From the NCBI GenBank assembly GCA_964558395.1, contig CAZLDS010000003.1, positions 13,830-77,829 of the forward strand: a stretch of 64,000 bases of DNA, written 5' to 3'. Source of the DNA: an uncultured bacterium (GTDB lineage: Bacteria > Methylomirabilota > Methylomirabilia > Methylomirabilales > CSP1-5). Shown here in pieces: positions 36,314 through 45,265 of the stretch (its first letter is position 1; each line of letters begins with the position of its first letter). The notes below the pieces were generated by a model that ran no database searches, was not told the DNA's origin, and was given only the letters and a program-made list of their open reading frames with translations. Made by a program: the position numbers and the translations under genes.

Positions 36314-36333
36314 TTCCCCGTGAACCCCATTGA
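36294..36333. repeat. perfect 20-bp tandem duplication TTCCCCGTGAACCCCATTGA x2
   Basis: Copy 1 (36294-36313) ends with the cyclase TGA stop. Copy 2 (36314-36333) is identical. Confidence 0.95.
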
Positions 36334-36364
36334 CAGACCGCGCCGCAGCATCTACGCTCACGAG

Positions 36365-36820
36365 ATGAAACACCCTTTTTCAGACAGGCTTGTCGTGGCG
36401 ATGGCGACTGCCGCCTACCTGGGCTACCTGCCTCCGGCCCCCGGTACCCTCGGAAGCGTTCTTGGGCTCCTTCTCCTGTGGCCCTTGGGCGCCGGCACGG
36501 CCCAAGTCCTGGTGACGCTTTGCCTCATTGGCGTAGGGATCGCGGTCGCCGACCGGGCGGCGAAGATCCTGGAGGAGCAAGACCCTTCCGCCATCATTAT
36601 TGATGAAATCGCCGGGATCGCGGTAGCGACGATGCTCCTGCCGCCTCACGTTCTGGAGCGGGGGATGGCGTTTGTCCTCTTTCGGCTTTTCGATGTGCTC
36701 AAGCCCTTCCCCGCGCGGCATGCCGAGCGTCTCTCCGGAGGGTGGGGGATCGTTGCCGATGATCTGATCGCCGGGCTGTACGCCAACGTGTTGGTCCAGG
36801 TGTGGCTCCTCATCTCATGA
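36365..36820 (+). CDS. pgpA: phosphatidylglycerophosphatase A
   Basis: GYLP.APGT.GS, IIDEIAG, FR.FD..KP.P and GG.GI..DD..AG.YA motifs. ATG 36365 is chosen because the track start at 36320 lies in the duplicated 20-mer. Confidence 0.85.
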   Translation: MKHPFSDRLVVAMATAAYLGYLPPAPGTLGSVLGLLLLWPLGAGTAQVLVTLCLIGVGIAVADRAAKILEEQDPSAIIIDEIAGIAVATMLLPPHVLERGMAFVLFRLFDVLKPFPARHAERLSGGWGIVADDLIAGLYANVLVQVWLLIS

Positions 36821-38076
36821 ACGCACAGAATGCCGAGATCGTCAGTGTCGGAACGGAGCTCCTCCAGGGAGGGCTGGTCGATAGGAATAGTGTGTTCCTC
36901 ACTCAGAGGCTCCACGAGATCGGGATTGAAGTTTCGTACCGGACAACGGTCGGGGATGACCGGGGGCAGATCCGTGACGTCCTTCGACAGGCCCTAAGCC
37001 GGGCCACCGTCGTGGTGGTCACCGGTGGGCTGGGTCCTACCGCCGATGATCTCACACGGGATGCGTTGGGGGATGTCAGCGGGAGGCCCCTGGTGCTGCA
37101 CGGTGAGACCCTGAGGATGATCGAAGACCGATTCGCCGAGCGCGGGGTTCCCATACCGGAACTCGTCAAGCGTCAGGCCTGGGTCCCGGAGGGTTTTGTC
37201 GTGATGCGAAATCGTCACGGAACGGCGCCAGGCTTGCTTTGGGAGAGGGGCGAGGGTTTCCTCGTCGCCCTCCCCGGCCCGCCCCGGGAGATGCAACCGC
37301 TTTTTACCGAGCAGGTCCTGCCGGTCCTGCTGAAGGGAGCCAGGAGCAAGCGGCGGATCCGGAGCCGGACCATGAGAGTCTGTGGACTCCGCGAGGCGCA
37401 GGTGGAGGAGCAGATCAGTGATCTGCTCCACGGCGACTATCCCCCTGTCAGCATCCTGGCGAGGGCGGGAGAGGTCCACGTCCGGATCACGATTGCGGGA
37501 ACGGAGGAGGAGGTAGAGTCCCAGCTGGAGTTGTGGGAGGCAAAGCTGCGGGACCGTTTGGGAGATCGGGTCTTCGGCGTTGATGAAGAGCGCCTGGAGG
37601 AGGCGGTGGGACGCCTGCTCCGCATGCAGGGAAAGACCGTGGCTGTCGCCGAGTCCTGCACGGGCGGTCTGGTGGCTCATCGGATCACGAACATTCCCGG
37701 GAGCTCGGACTATTTCGAACGGGGGGTTGTGTCGTACAGCAATCGGGCCAAGGTGGAACTGCTGGGCGTTCCCGTCTCCCTGATCGAACAGCATGGCGCG
37801 GTGAGTCCGGAGGTGGCCGTGGCGATGGCGACGGGGGTTCGGCATCTCGCGGGAACGGATCTCGGCATTGGGCTCACCGGGATCGCCGGTCCCGGGGGGG
37901 GGACCGAGGCCAAGCCGGTCGGGCTCACCTACATTGCTCTGGCCGACGCGCATGGGGGGGAGTGGTGTGAGTATCGATTTCAGTTCGATCGGGAGGAGAA
38001 CAAGGTGTGGGCCACGCAGACGGCCCTGGAGATGCTGCGCCAGTACCTCCTCAAGACGAGCGCTGGGGCTTCGTGA
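36817..38076 (+). CDS. cinA: CinA family protein (MoCF-binding domain plus nicotinamide-nucleotide amidase PncC domain)
   Basis: AEIVSVGTELL.G...D.N...L, ...TGGLGPT.DD.T, and a C-terminal ESCTGG...ITN.PGSS. There is an ATGA overlap with pgpA. Confidence 0.88.
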   Translation: MNAQNAEIVSVGTELLQGGLVDRNSVFLTQRLHEIGIEVSYRTTVGDDRGQIRDVLRQALSRATVVVVTGGLGPTADDLTRDALGDVSGRPLVLHGETLRMIEDRFAERGVPIPELVKRQAWVPEGFVVMRNRHGTAPGLLWERGEGFLVALPGPPREMQPLFTEQVLPVLLKGARSKRRIRSRTMRVCGLREAQVEEQISDLLHGDYPPVSILARAGEVHVRITIAGTEEEVESQLELWEAKLRDRLGDRVFGVDEERLEEAVGRLLRMQGKTVAVAESCTGGLVAHRITNIPGSSDYFERGVVSYSNRAKVELLGVPVSLIEQHGAVSPEVAVAMATGVRHLAGTDLGIGLTGIAGPGGGTEAKPVGLTYIALADAHGGEWCEYRFQFDREENKVWATQTALEMLRQYLLKTSAGAS

Positions 38077-38106
38077 GGTTTGACCGTCGGTTCACACGTA
38101 CGGCGC

Positions 38107-38673
38107 ATGAGGCTGTTTATTGCCATCAATGTGGATCCTTCCCTGAGGCCTCCCCTGATTGAGATCCAGGGAACGCTCAAGGCGACTCGGGCACCGGTCA
38201 GCTGGGTCAAGCCGGAGAACCTTCACTTCACTCTGAAGTTCCTGGGGGAAATATCCGAGGCTCACCTGCCGGCCGTTCGTGAGGCCTTGCGCGGCTCCCT
38301 GGCCGGGATGCAGTCCTTTCTGGTGTCATTGGCGGGCGTGGGGACCTTCCCCCCGAAGGGGAGGCCGCGAGTCGTCTGGGTTGGGGTAGAGCGGGGTGCC
38401 GATGAGATGACAGCGCTCCGGGAGCGGATCGACACAAGCCTCCTGCCGCTCGGGTTTCCGCGCGAGCAGCGGCCTTTTCAGCCGCATCTGACCCTGGGCC
38501 GGGTCAAGAGTGGCGGGCGACTCGATCCGCTGCTCGATGGTCTCCACAGTGCCGCGGTTGGTCAGGTGGGACAGATGCAGGTGGCATGCGTCGACCTAAT
38601 GCAGAGCCAGCTCCACCCCGCGGGGGCGATCTACACCTCTGTGGAAGCGGTTCCGTTGGAAGAGGGGACGTAA
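38107..38673 (+). CDS. thpR: RNA 2',3'-cyclic phosphodiesterase (2'-5' RNA ligase family)
   Basis: MRLFIAI... with two H-x-T/S-x motifs, HFTLKFLG and HLTLGR. Confidence 0.85.
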   Translation: MRLFIAINVDPSLRPPLIEIQGTLKATRAPVSWVKPENLHFTLKFLGEISEAHLPAVREALRGSLAGMQSFLVSLAGVGTFPPKGRPRVVWVGVERGADEMTALRERIDTSLLPLGFPREQRPFQPHLTLGRVKSGGRLDPLLDGLHSAAVGQVGQMQVACVDLMQSQLHPAGAIYTSVEAVPLEEGT

Positions 38674-40010
38674 TGGTCGGCCGGAAGGGGACCGCCCAGT
38701 TGCGGAAAGCGGCCGGGGAGATCTTCCAGGCGGCATTGGAAGCGGCGAATCCCCGCGCTTCGATCCACCGCCATCTGCGCCGTGATGGAGAGAACCTCCT
38801 GGTGAATGGAGGCGTGTACGATCTCGGCCAGGGCAAAATCTATGTGGTGGGTGCCGGGAAGGCCGCGGCGGCGATGGCAGGCGCCGTGGAAGAGCTCCTC
38901 GGGGATCGCGTGAGCGACGGCGTGGTTGTGGTGAAGGACGGCCACGGCGTTCCTTTACGGCGCATTCGCACCCACGAGGCGAGTCATCCGCTCCCCGATG
39001 CGCGAGGGGTTGAAGGGACCGCGGCAATTCTCGCCCTGCTTGCCCAGACTCGCCCGGAGGATCTGGTGATAGTCCTGATCTCCGGCGGGGGTTCGGCCCT
39101 GGTGCCGGCTCCCGTCGCAGGCATAGCGCTCCGCGAGAAGCAAACCGTTACGCGCGAGCTTCTCGCCTCCGGGGCCACCATTGAAGAAATCAATGCGGTC
39201 AGGAAACACTGCTCCCGACTCAAGGGGGGGCAGATGGCACGGGCAGTCCAGCCGGCTTCGTGCCTCACGTTGGTGCTCTCGGATGTCATCGACGACCCGT
39301 TGGATGTCATCGCCTCCGGTCCCACAGTCCCGGACCCGACCACGTACGAGGATGCCTTGCGGGTCCTTTCTCGCTACGCGCTGCATGATCGAATGCCCGC
39401 GAGCATTGGGCGGCATCTGGAAAAAGGGGCGCGGGGAGAAGTATCGGAAACCCCGAAAACCGGCGATCCCTGCTTCGAAAAATCGCGGCATGTCATCGTG
39501 GGGAATAACCTGGAGTCCCTCCTGGCGGCCCGAGATCGGGCGGCACGGCTGGGATTTCATACCCTGCTCCTGACCAGAGGCCTGCGCGGAGAGAGTCGGG
39601 AGGTAGCCAGGGTATTAGCCGCCTTTCTTCTGGAGACCCGGCGGTCCGGCCACCCCATTCCGCCCCCGGCCTGCCTGCTCCTGGGGGGAGAGACCACCGT
39701 CACGATCCGTGGGAAAGGCAAGGGGGGGCGAAGTCAAGAACTGGCACTGGCCGTGGCGATCGACATCGCCGGCGCAGAGGGTTGCGTCATTTTCAGTGCC
39801 GGAACCGATGGAAGCGATGGGCCTACCGACGCGGCCGGGGCGGTGGCGGACGGTGAGACCTACCCTCGGGCCAAAGCGGCGGGGTCGGATCCACTCCGCG
39901 CCTTGGAGGACAACGATGCGTATCACTTTTTTCAAAATCTGGGAGACCTGATCCAGACCGGTCCCACCCTGACGAACGTGATGGATGTCACCCTACTCCT
40001 TGTGGGCTAG
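38673..40010 (+). CDS. glycerate 2-kinase / hydroxypyruvate-reductase-like protein (DUF4147 plus MOFRL)
   Basis: About 445 aa. GAGKAA..MA, LISGGGSAL, HCS.LKGG, GGETTV...G.GKGGR.QE.AL and GTDG.DGPTDAAGA are typical of the MOFRL family. The start overlaps the thpR TAA (TAATG). Confidence 0.8.
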   Translation: MVGRKGTAQLRKAAGEIFQAALEAANPRASIHRHLRRDGENLLVNGGVYDLGQGKIYVVGAGKAAAAMAGAVEELLGDRVSDGVVVVKDGHGVPLRRIRTHEASHPLPDARGVEGTAAILALLAQTRPEDLVIVLISGGGSALVPAPVAGIALREKQTVTRELLASGATIEEINAVRKHCSRLKGGQMARAVQPASCLTLVLSDVIDDPLDVIASGPTVPDPTTYEDALRVLSRYALHDRMPASIGRHLEKGARGEVSETPKTGDPCFEKSRHVIVGNNLESLLAARDRAARLGFHTLLLTRGLRGESREVARVLAAFLLETRRSGHPIPPPACLLLGGETTVTIRGKGKGGRSQELALAVAIDIAGAEGCVIFSAGTDGSDGPTDAAGAVADGETYPRAKAAGSDPLRALEDNDAYHFFQNLGDLIQTGPTLTNVMDVTLLLVG

Positions 40011-40065
40011 TCCTGAGTAGATCGAAGAACTAGTCCTGAGCACATCGGAGGGTTAGTGCTTCGAT
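40008..40065. repeat. direct TAGTCCTGAG repeats plus a 7-bp inverted repeat
   Basis: TAGTCCTGAG occurs at 40008-40017 (including the TAG stop) and again at 40031-40040. ATCGAAG (40021-40027) pairs with CTTCGAT (40059-40065). Confidence 0.75.
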
Positions 40066-40151
40066 TGGCACATACAATTACGTATTCCTGTGAATCACAT
40101 CAGAGATATTGTTTACGTAGCACAAGTGTCTTGTTTCGAAGAAAACGCTTG

Positions 40152-40180
40152 TTGACAGGAACCATAACATTGCATAAGAT
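40152..40180 (+). promoter_or_regulatory. sigma70-type promoter candidate for the ffh-rpsP-rimM-trmD-rplS cluster
   Basis: TTGACA (40152-40157), a 17-nt spacer, then TAAGAT (40175-40180), in a markedly AT-rich 130-nt spacer. Confidence 0.5.
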
Positions 40181-40204
40181 AATGGTTCATCGCTAACGCG
40201 CGCT

Positions 40205-41530
40205 ATGTTTCATCGATTATCCGATCGGCTTCAAGCGATTTTTAAGAAGCTCCGCGGCCACGGGACGCTGACCGAAGAGCAGATTACCTCGGCCCTCCGG
40301 GAGGTCCGGTTGGCGCTGCTCGAGGCGGATGTCCACTATGGCGTGGTCAGGGACTTTCTGGACCGGGTGCGCGAGCGGGCTGTCGGGCGTGAGGTTCTGC
40401 AGTCTCTCACGCCGGGACAGCAAGTAGTCAAGATCGTTTTTGAAGAACTCACCCTGCTCTTGGGTGGAACGGGAACCGGCTTGGCCTCGGGTGGCCGCAC
40501 CCCTTCGGTGATCCTGCTGGTGGGGCTTCAGGGATCTGGGAAGACCACCACGACCGCAAAGCTGGCCACGTTGCTCAAGCGACAGGGCCGGATGCCTCTC
40601 ATGGTGGCGGCGGATACGCGTCGTCCCGCCGCGGCAGAACAGCTTCGTATTCTGGGGGTGAAAGCCGGGATCGAGGTCTTCACCGATCCCAGGGCATCGG
40701 CGTTGCGCGTATCCCAAGAGGCGCTGGAGTACGCCGGGGCCAAGGGTTTTGAGCCGGTGCTCGTGGACACCGGGGGGAGGCTCCATATCGATGATGACCT
40801 CATGGCAGAGCTCGGGGCCGTCAAGGATGCAGTCCGTCCTCTGGAGACCCTGCTCGTCCTCGACGCCATGATCGGTCAGGATGTGCTCGGAGTGGCCACC
40901 GCCTTTCACAGCGCGCTGGACTTGAGCGGCTTCATTTTGACAAAACTGGAGGGGGATGCCCGAGGAGGGGCAGCCCTCTCTGTTCGGGCGGTGACAGGAC
41001 GTCCCATCAAGTTTATCGGCCTCGGAGAAGGGCTGGACGCGCTCGAGCCGTTTCATCCAGAGCGGATGGCCTCTCGCATTCTCGGGATGGGCGATGTCCT
41101 TTCATTGGTGGAGCGGGCGGAAGCCGCGGTGGACAGGGCGAGAGCCGAGGAGATGGCTCGGAGGATCCACCGGAACGCGTACACACTGGAGGACTTTCGA
41201 GAACAGCTTACCCAGGTCCGACAGATGGGGTCGATTGAGGAACTCATGGGGATGATTCCCGGTCTCCCAGCAGGGAGCGGCAACCCACAGGTGGACGCAA
41301 AAGCCCTCACGCGGACGGAGGCCATTCTGAGTTCCATGACCAAGGAAGAGCGACGGAACCCAGGGATCTTGAACGGGAGCCGGCGTCAACGGATCGCCAA
41401 AGGTTCCGGGACCTCTGTTGCCGCCGTCAACCAGCTGTTGCGACAGTTTCAGCAAACGCAGCGAGTCATGCGACAGATGCTCCTGGCAGCGAAGAAAAAC
41501 CGAACGCGAAGCATCTTTCCTCTGGGGTAA
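40205..41530 (+). CDS. ffh: signal recognition particle protein
   Basis: N-domain, G-domain (GLQGSGKTTT, DTGGRL) and an M-domain rich in Met. 441 aa. Confidence 0.95.
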   Translation: MFHRLSDRLQAIFKKLRGHGTLTEEQITSALREVRLALLEADVHYGVVRDFLDRVRERAVGREVLQSLTPGQQVVKIVFEELTLLLGGTGTGLASGGRTPSVILLVGLQGSGKTTTTAKLATLLKRQGRMPLMVAADTRRPAAAEQLRILGVKAGIEVFTDPRASALRVSQEALEYAGAKGFEPVLVDTGGRLHIDDDLMAELGAVKDAVRPLETLLVLDAMIGQDVLGVATAFHSALDLSGFILTKLEGDARGGAALSVRAVTGRPIKFIGLGEGLDALEPFHPERMASRILGMGDVLSLVERAEAAVDRARAEEMARRIHRNAYTLEDFREQLTQVRQMGSIEELMGMIPGLPAGSGNPQVDAKALTRTEAILSSMTKEERRNPGILNGSRRQRIAKGSGTSVAAVNQLLRQFQQTQRVMRQMLLAAKKNRTRSIFPLG

Positions 41531-41563
41531 TATGCGGGTGTATGTGGAATGGGAGGTGATTCA

Positions 41564-41845
41564 ATGGCCGTACGGCTTAGGCTAAAGCGCATCGGCGCAA
41601 AGAAGATGCCCGTGTACCGGGTGGTCGTGATGGATGCCCGATCTCCCCGGGACGGCCGCATCATCGAAAGCATCGGGGTCTACAATCCCCTCCAAGAGCC
41701 AGCAGCGTTGACCGTTGATGAGGAGAAGGCCCTCTCCTGGCTTCAAAAGGGCGCGCGGCCGACGGCGACCGTACGCGAGCTTCTCTCGACTGCGGGGGTC
41801 TTGGAGCGTTTTGCTGACCTGAGAAGGTCTGGGAAAACTGCGTGA
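41564..41845 (+). CDS. rpsP: 30S ribosomal protein S16
   Basis: [41 protein letters not shown] 41564 follows GGGAGG. Confidence 0.93.
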   Translation: MAVRLRLKRIGAKKMPVYRVVVMDARSPRDGRIIESIGVYNPLQEPAALTVDEEKALSWLQKGARPTATVRELLSTAGVLERFADLRRSGKTA

Positions 41846-41918
41846 TCGTCAGTGGCTTGTCGATCGGAATCCCTGAGGGGTTTCTGCCGAGAACCGCGAC
41901 GGCATTGGGGAGGCAGAG

Positions 41919-42152
41919 GTGTTGAAGGAACTTGTGGAGTACATTGCGAAGGCCTTAGTGGACAACCCCGATGCGGTGGTCGTTGAAGCGATCGAGGACG
42001 AGAAAACGATGATGTTACGGCTCAAGGTAGCCCAGTCGGATTTGGGCCGGGTGATCGGGAAGCAGGGGCGGACAGCCCGAGCGATGCGTACCCTGCTCCA
42101 CGCTACAGCAGCGAAATCTCGGCGGCGGGCGGTCTTGGAAATCGTTGAGTAG
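41919..42152 (+). CDS. KH-domain RNA-binding protein (YlqC/UPF0109 type)
   Basis: 77 aa with LV..IAKALVD.PD.V.V and GRVIGKQGRTARAMRTLL (a GxxG KH motif). It sits in the conserved position between rpsP and rimM. Confidence 0.8.
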   Translation: MLKELVEYIAKALVDNPDAVVVEAIEDEKTMMLRLKVAQSDLGRVIGKQGRTARAMRTLLHATAAKSRRRAVLEIVE

Positions 42153-42158
42153 GGGCCG

Positions 42159-42683
42159 GTGGCGTCTCAGAGGTTATTGGTCCTGGGACGGGTCCTGGGG
42201 GCTTGGGGTCTTCGGGGGGCCGTGAAGGTACAATCCTTTGCTGATCCCCCTACGCTTGTCCCCCCGGGGAGATCGGTGGTCCTTCGGGGACGTCGAGGGG
42301 AATCAGAATTACGCGTCGGGACGATTCGACCTTTACGGCATCTGTTTGTGGCGACCTTTCAGGGTATTGACAATCGGGAGGCGGCTGAAGCGGTGCGGGG
42401 CTACGATATCTGTGTTCCGCGGGGGTCGGCCCCGCCGCTACCGGAGGCGTCGTATTATCAATACGACATCCTTGGCCTCGCCGTGGAGGCGGAGACAGGC
42501 GAGGAGTTCGGCGAGATCGTGGACATCTGGCCCTCGCGTGCTCACGACTTGTATGTCGTCCGGAGGGGGGCTGAGGAGTGGCTCCTTCCCGCCGTTCAGG
42601 CCTTTATTCTCCGGGTCGACCTGGCACGGCGGGTGATGGTCGTGCGTCCGATAGAAGGGTTGGTCGACGCTGAGACGGTATGA
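42159..42683 (+). CDS. rimM: 16S rRNA processing protein RimM
   Basis: 174 aa with G.V...G..G.VKV and a PRC-barrel C-terminus, in the conserved rpsP-rimM-trmD context. Confidence 0.85.
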   Translation: MASQRLLVLGRVLGAWGLRGAVKVQSFADPPTLVPPGRSVVLRGRRGESELRVGTIRPLRHLFVATFQGIDNREAAEAVRGYDICVPRGSAPPLPEASYYQYDILGLAVEAETGEEFGEIVDIWPSRAHDLYVVRRGAEEWLLPAVQAFILRVDLARRVMVVRPIEGLVDAETV

Positions 42684-43428
42684 CATCGTTACCCTCTTTC
42701 GAGGGATGTTCTCCGGGCCCCTACATGAGAGCATTCTGAAGCGCGCCCAGGAGAAGGGACTAGTGGAGATTCGGGTGCACGATCTGAGAGAGTGGACCCA
42801 CGACCGACATCGAGTGGTGGATGACGTCCCCTATGGCGGCGAGCCGGGGATGGTGCTCAAGCCGGAGCCATTCTTTGAAGCCGTGGACGCGCTACGGAGG
42901 CCAGAGAGCGAGGTGCTTCTTCTTACCCCCCAAGGGGAGCGATTCGATCACGCCATGGCGTGTCGCCTGGTGGACGCACGACATCTCGTCTTCCTCTGCG
43001 GCCGATACGAGGGCTTCGATGAGCGGGTTCGAACATTGGCGGACCGCGAGATCTCCATTGGCGACTACGTCTTGAGCGGCGGGGAGCTGCCGGCCCTCGT
43101 CGTGATTGATGCCCTCGTGCGACTGATCCGCGGGGCGCTGGGAGGTACGAATTCGGCGACGCAAGATTCTTTTGTGGGCCGTGTGCTTGATCATCCCCAG
43201 TATACTCGGCCTCCCGTGTATCTTGGGATGCAGGTTCCGGAGGTCCTGCTCTCGGGGGATCACGAGCGCATTCGCCGCTGGCGCCGAAAAGAAGCGTTGC
43301 GCCGTACGCTCCTCCGTCGACCGGACCTGTTGCAGCACGCGGGACTGACCGCCGAGGATCAATCGCTGCTTTCTGAGATCCGAGCAGAAGATGAAGGTGT
43401 GAGGGACCAACACACGGAGAAGCTATGA
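42670..43428 (+). CDS. trmD: tRNA (guanine37-N1)-methyltransferase; start assigned to a non-canonical CTG
   Basis: [11 protein letters not shown] (equivalent to the E. coli N-terminal IISLFPEMF) is encoded in frame upstream of the first ATG (42706). The only start-like codon after the in-frame TAG (42652) is CTG 42670. The rest is canonical TrmD ([32 protein letters not shown]). Confidence 0.85.
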   Translation: MRRYDIVTLFRGMFSGPLHESILKRAQEKGLVEIRVHDLREWTHDRHRVVDDVPYGGEPGMVLKPEPFFEAVDALRRPESEVLLLTPQGERFDHAMACRLVDARHLVFLCGRYEGFDERVRTLADREISIGDYVLSGGELPALVVIDALVRLIRGALGGTNSATQDSFVGRVLDHPQYTRPPVYLGMQVPEVLLSGDHERIRRWRRKEALRRTLLRRPDLLQHAGLTAEDQSLLSEIRAEDEGVRDQHTEKL

Positions 43429-43781
43429 ATATCGACAGCCATTTGAAGTCTGTAGAAGCCCCCCACCTCCGGACCGATCTGACCCCTTTTGGGCCTGGCG
43501 ACACCGTCCGAGTCTATGTCAAGGTCCGGGAGGGGGAGAAGGAACGGATCCAGGCCTTTGAGGGAGTGGTCCTCCGACGGCGGAAGGCGGGCACCGGGTC
43601 CACCTTTACTGTTCGCAAAGTCAGCTACGGTGTTGGGGTGGAACGTACCTTCCCCCTCCACTCCCCCTTGATCGAGCGGATCGAGCGCCAACGGGTTGGC
43701 CGCGTGCGGCGGGCCAAGCTCTATTTTCTGCGAGAGCGACGGGGGAAGGCCGCGCGCATTCGGGAGAAGCGGAGCACGTGA
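43425..43781 (+). CDS. rplS: 50S ribosomal protein L19
   Basis: [24 protein letters not shown]......G....FTVRK.S.GVGVER.FP.HSP.I. There is an ATGA overlap with trmD. Confidence 0.93.
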   Translation: MNIDSHLKSVEAPHLRTDLTPFGPGDTVRVYVKVREGEKERIQAFEGVVLRRRKAGTGSTFTVRKVSYGVGVERTFPLHSPLIERIERQRVGRVRRAKLYFLRERRGKAARIREKRST

Positions 43782-43974
43782 CTCAGGCCTGGCGGTTTTG
43801 CGTTTGCACGGGTTCCCTTCCGATGACAATGCCCGGGCGATCTCTCCCTTTCGGGCCCGAAGCACTTTCCCTGTGTATTGGCATAATGAGGCACGCAGCC
43901 GGTCGGCCGATGACGGTGGGCGTCTCGGCCGTCAGAACGGGAGTCCGGCCTGGAACCGGTGGAGACGTGCAGGG

Positions 43975-44595
43975 ATGAGGGGAATCGAACAGGCGATCCG
44001 CCGAAAAGGATTTCAACGGCTGGCGGGGGTGGATGAGGCTGGGCGAGGGGCGCTCGCAGGGCCGGTGGTGGCGGCGGCGGTCATGTTCACTGATGGCCAG
44101 CCAATCGTCGGGGTCAACGATTCAAAGCGGCTGAGCCAGCAGCGGCGCGAGGTGTTGTACCGACGGATTCGGGAAGATGCATTAGCGGTCGGAGTGGGGG
44201 TGGTGAACGTCCCGACCATTGAGGCGCGGAATATCCTCCGAGCCACCCTCTTGGCCATGGCGCGGGCCGTCGTGGACCTGCAGGTGTCACTCGATGGGAT
44301 CCTCGTGGACGGACTGGCGGTCCCTGACGTTGACATCCCCGTTTTTCCCGTGGCCGGGGGGGATCGTCATTGTTCTTCCGTCGCTGCTGCCTCCATCGTC
44401 GCCAAGGTGACCCGGGATCGGATCATGGCGGACTACCATAAGAGGTATCCGGTCTACGGTTTCGATCAGCACAAGGGATATGGGACGGAGGCGCATCTTC
44501 AGGCCATCGCCGCACATGGGATAAGTCCCATTCATCGGAGGACTTTCAGTCCCGTCCGGCAGATACGGTTACCGCTGGCCCTCGTAGGGAGGTGA
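43975..44595 (+). CDS. rnhB: ribonuclease HII
   Basis: GVDEAGRGALAGPVVAAAV, DSK.L, ASI.AKV.RD and GYG motifs. ATG 43975 is chosen because the track start at 43696 overlaps rplS. Confidence 0.9.
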   Translation: MRGIEQAIRRKGFQRLAGVDEAGRGALAGPVVAAAVMFTDGQPIVGVNDSKRLSQQRREVLYRRIREDALAVGVGVVNVPTIEARNILRATLLAMARAVVDLQVSLDGILVDGLAVPDVDIPVFPVAGGDRHCSSVAAASIVAKVTRDRIMADYHKRYPVYGFDQHKGYGTEAHLQAIAAHGISPIHRRTFSPVRQIRLPLALVGR

Positions 44596-44972
44596 GTGTG
44601 CCGGACCGGCGAAGGGTAGGGGTCGAAGGGGAGACGGTGGCCCGCCGCTTCCTCGAGAGGCTCGGATTTCGGATCGTGGAGGGAAACTTCGCGTGTCCAC
44701 TGGGGGAGATTGATCTCATCGCGCAGGACGGAGAGGTGCTGGTCTTTGTCGAGGTGAAGGCTCGCCGCTCGACGCGATTCGGCGCCCCCGCGGAGGCAGT
44801 GCATGGGAGAAAGCAACGGCAGATCCTCCGTGTCGCTGAGGCCTATATGCGAGAACGCCGGCTGCGGGTTCCGTGTCGCGTGGATGTGGTGGCGGTGGAG
44901 TTTCCGGCGCAGGGTGCCGAACCGAAGATCGAGCTGATTCGGAACGCAGTACACCAAAGCGGGTTCCCCTAG
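44592..44972 (+). CDS. yraN: YraN family (UPF0102) endonuclease-like protein
   Basis: G...A..FL...G..I...N......GEIDLIA.DG..LVFVEVKAR......G.P.EAV...K. There is a GTGA overlap with rnhB. Confidence 0.85.
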   Translation: MSVPDRRRVGVEGETVARRFLERLGFRIVEGNFACPLGEIDLIAQDGEVLVFVEVKARRSTRFGAPAEAVHGRKQRQILRVAEAYMRERRLRVPCRVDVVAVEFPAQGAEPKIELIRNAVHQSGFP

Positions 44973-45008
44973 AAGCGGCGCTTGAGCCCGGTGGGCGCGG
45001 GAGGGATT

Positions 45009-45167
45009 ATGGAGGAGAGGGAAAGGATCATCGCGTACGCATGTCACGCCTGTGGGAGTCGGGGGGTCGATCCCCCAAAGAGCAAAAAGGGAAATTACAT
45101 GTGCCCAGAGTGCGGAGATCAGGTCGAGATCAGCGAGAAACGGGTCGTCAAAAAGAAAGAGAAATAG
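45009..45167 (+). CDS. hypothetical 52-aa zinc-ribbon protein with a lysine-rich tail
   Basis: CHAC-N19-CPEC. GGGAGGG lies 4 nt upstream of ATG 45009. A terminator-like hairpin follows. Confidence 0.45.
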   Translation: MEERERIIAYACHACGSRGVDPPKSKKGNYMCPECGDQVEISEKRVVKKKEK

Positions 45168-45202
45168 GGGCACTTGACGGCGACCGTCCTCAGTGGTATG
45201 TT

Positions 45203-45234
45203 AAAAACACCGCCTAGAAGGCGGGTTAATTTTT
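45203..45234 (+). terminator. candidate intrinsic (bidirectional-type) terminator
   Basis: A-tract at 45203-45209, stem CCGCCT (45210-45215) / AGGCGG (45219-45224), then GTTAATTTTT. Confidence 0.5.
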
Positions 45235-45243
45235 GGGGCGGGA

Positions 45244-45265
45244 ATTTACCTACCGGTAGGTAAAT
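45244..45265. promoter_or_regulatory. 22-bp perfect palindrome, probable TetR operator
   Basis: ATTTACCTACC|GGTAGGTAAAT. Its last two nucleotides are the first two of the tetR-family ATG (45264). Confidence 0.6.

Noticed and set aside
40066-40081. A TGGCAC at 40066-40071 as a sigma54 -24 element upstream of ffh, and the 18-mer at 50751/55596 as a -24/-12 promoter.
   Set aside because: The first has ATTA where the -12 TTGC should be. The 18-mer has TGCC rather than TGGC at -24. Neither satisfies the invariant GG/GC pair.
43782-43974. 193-nt gap between rplS and rnhB as a possible ncRNA or terminator.
   Set aside because: Only short imperfect stems are present (GCCCG/CGGGC and TGACGG/CCGTCA) with no T-run and no recognisable motif. 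It is left unannotated.
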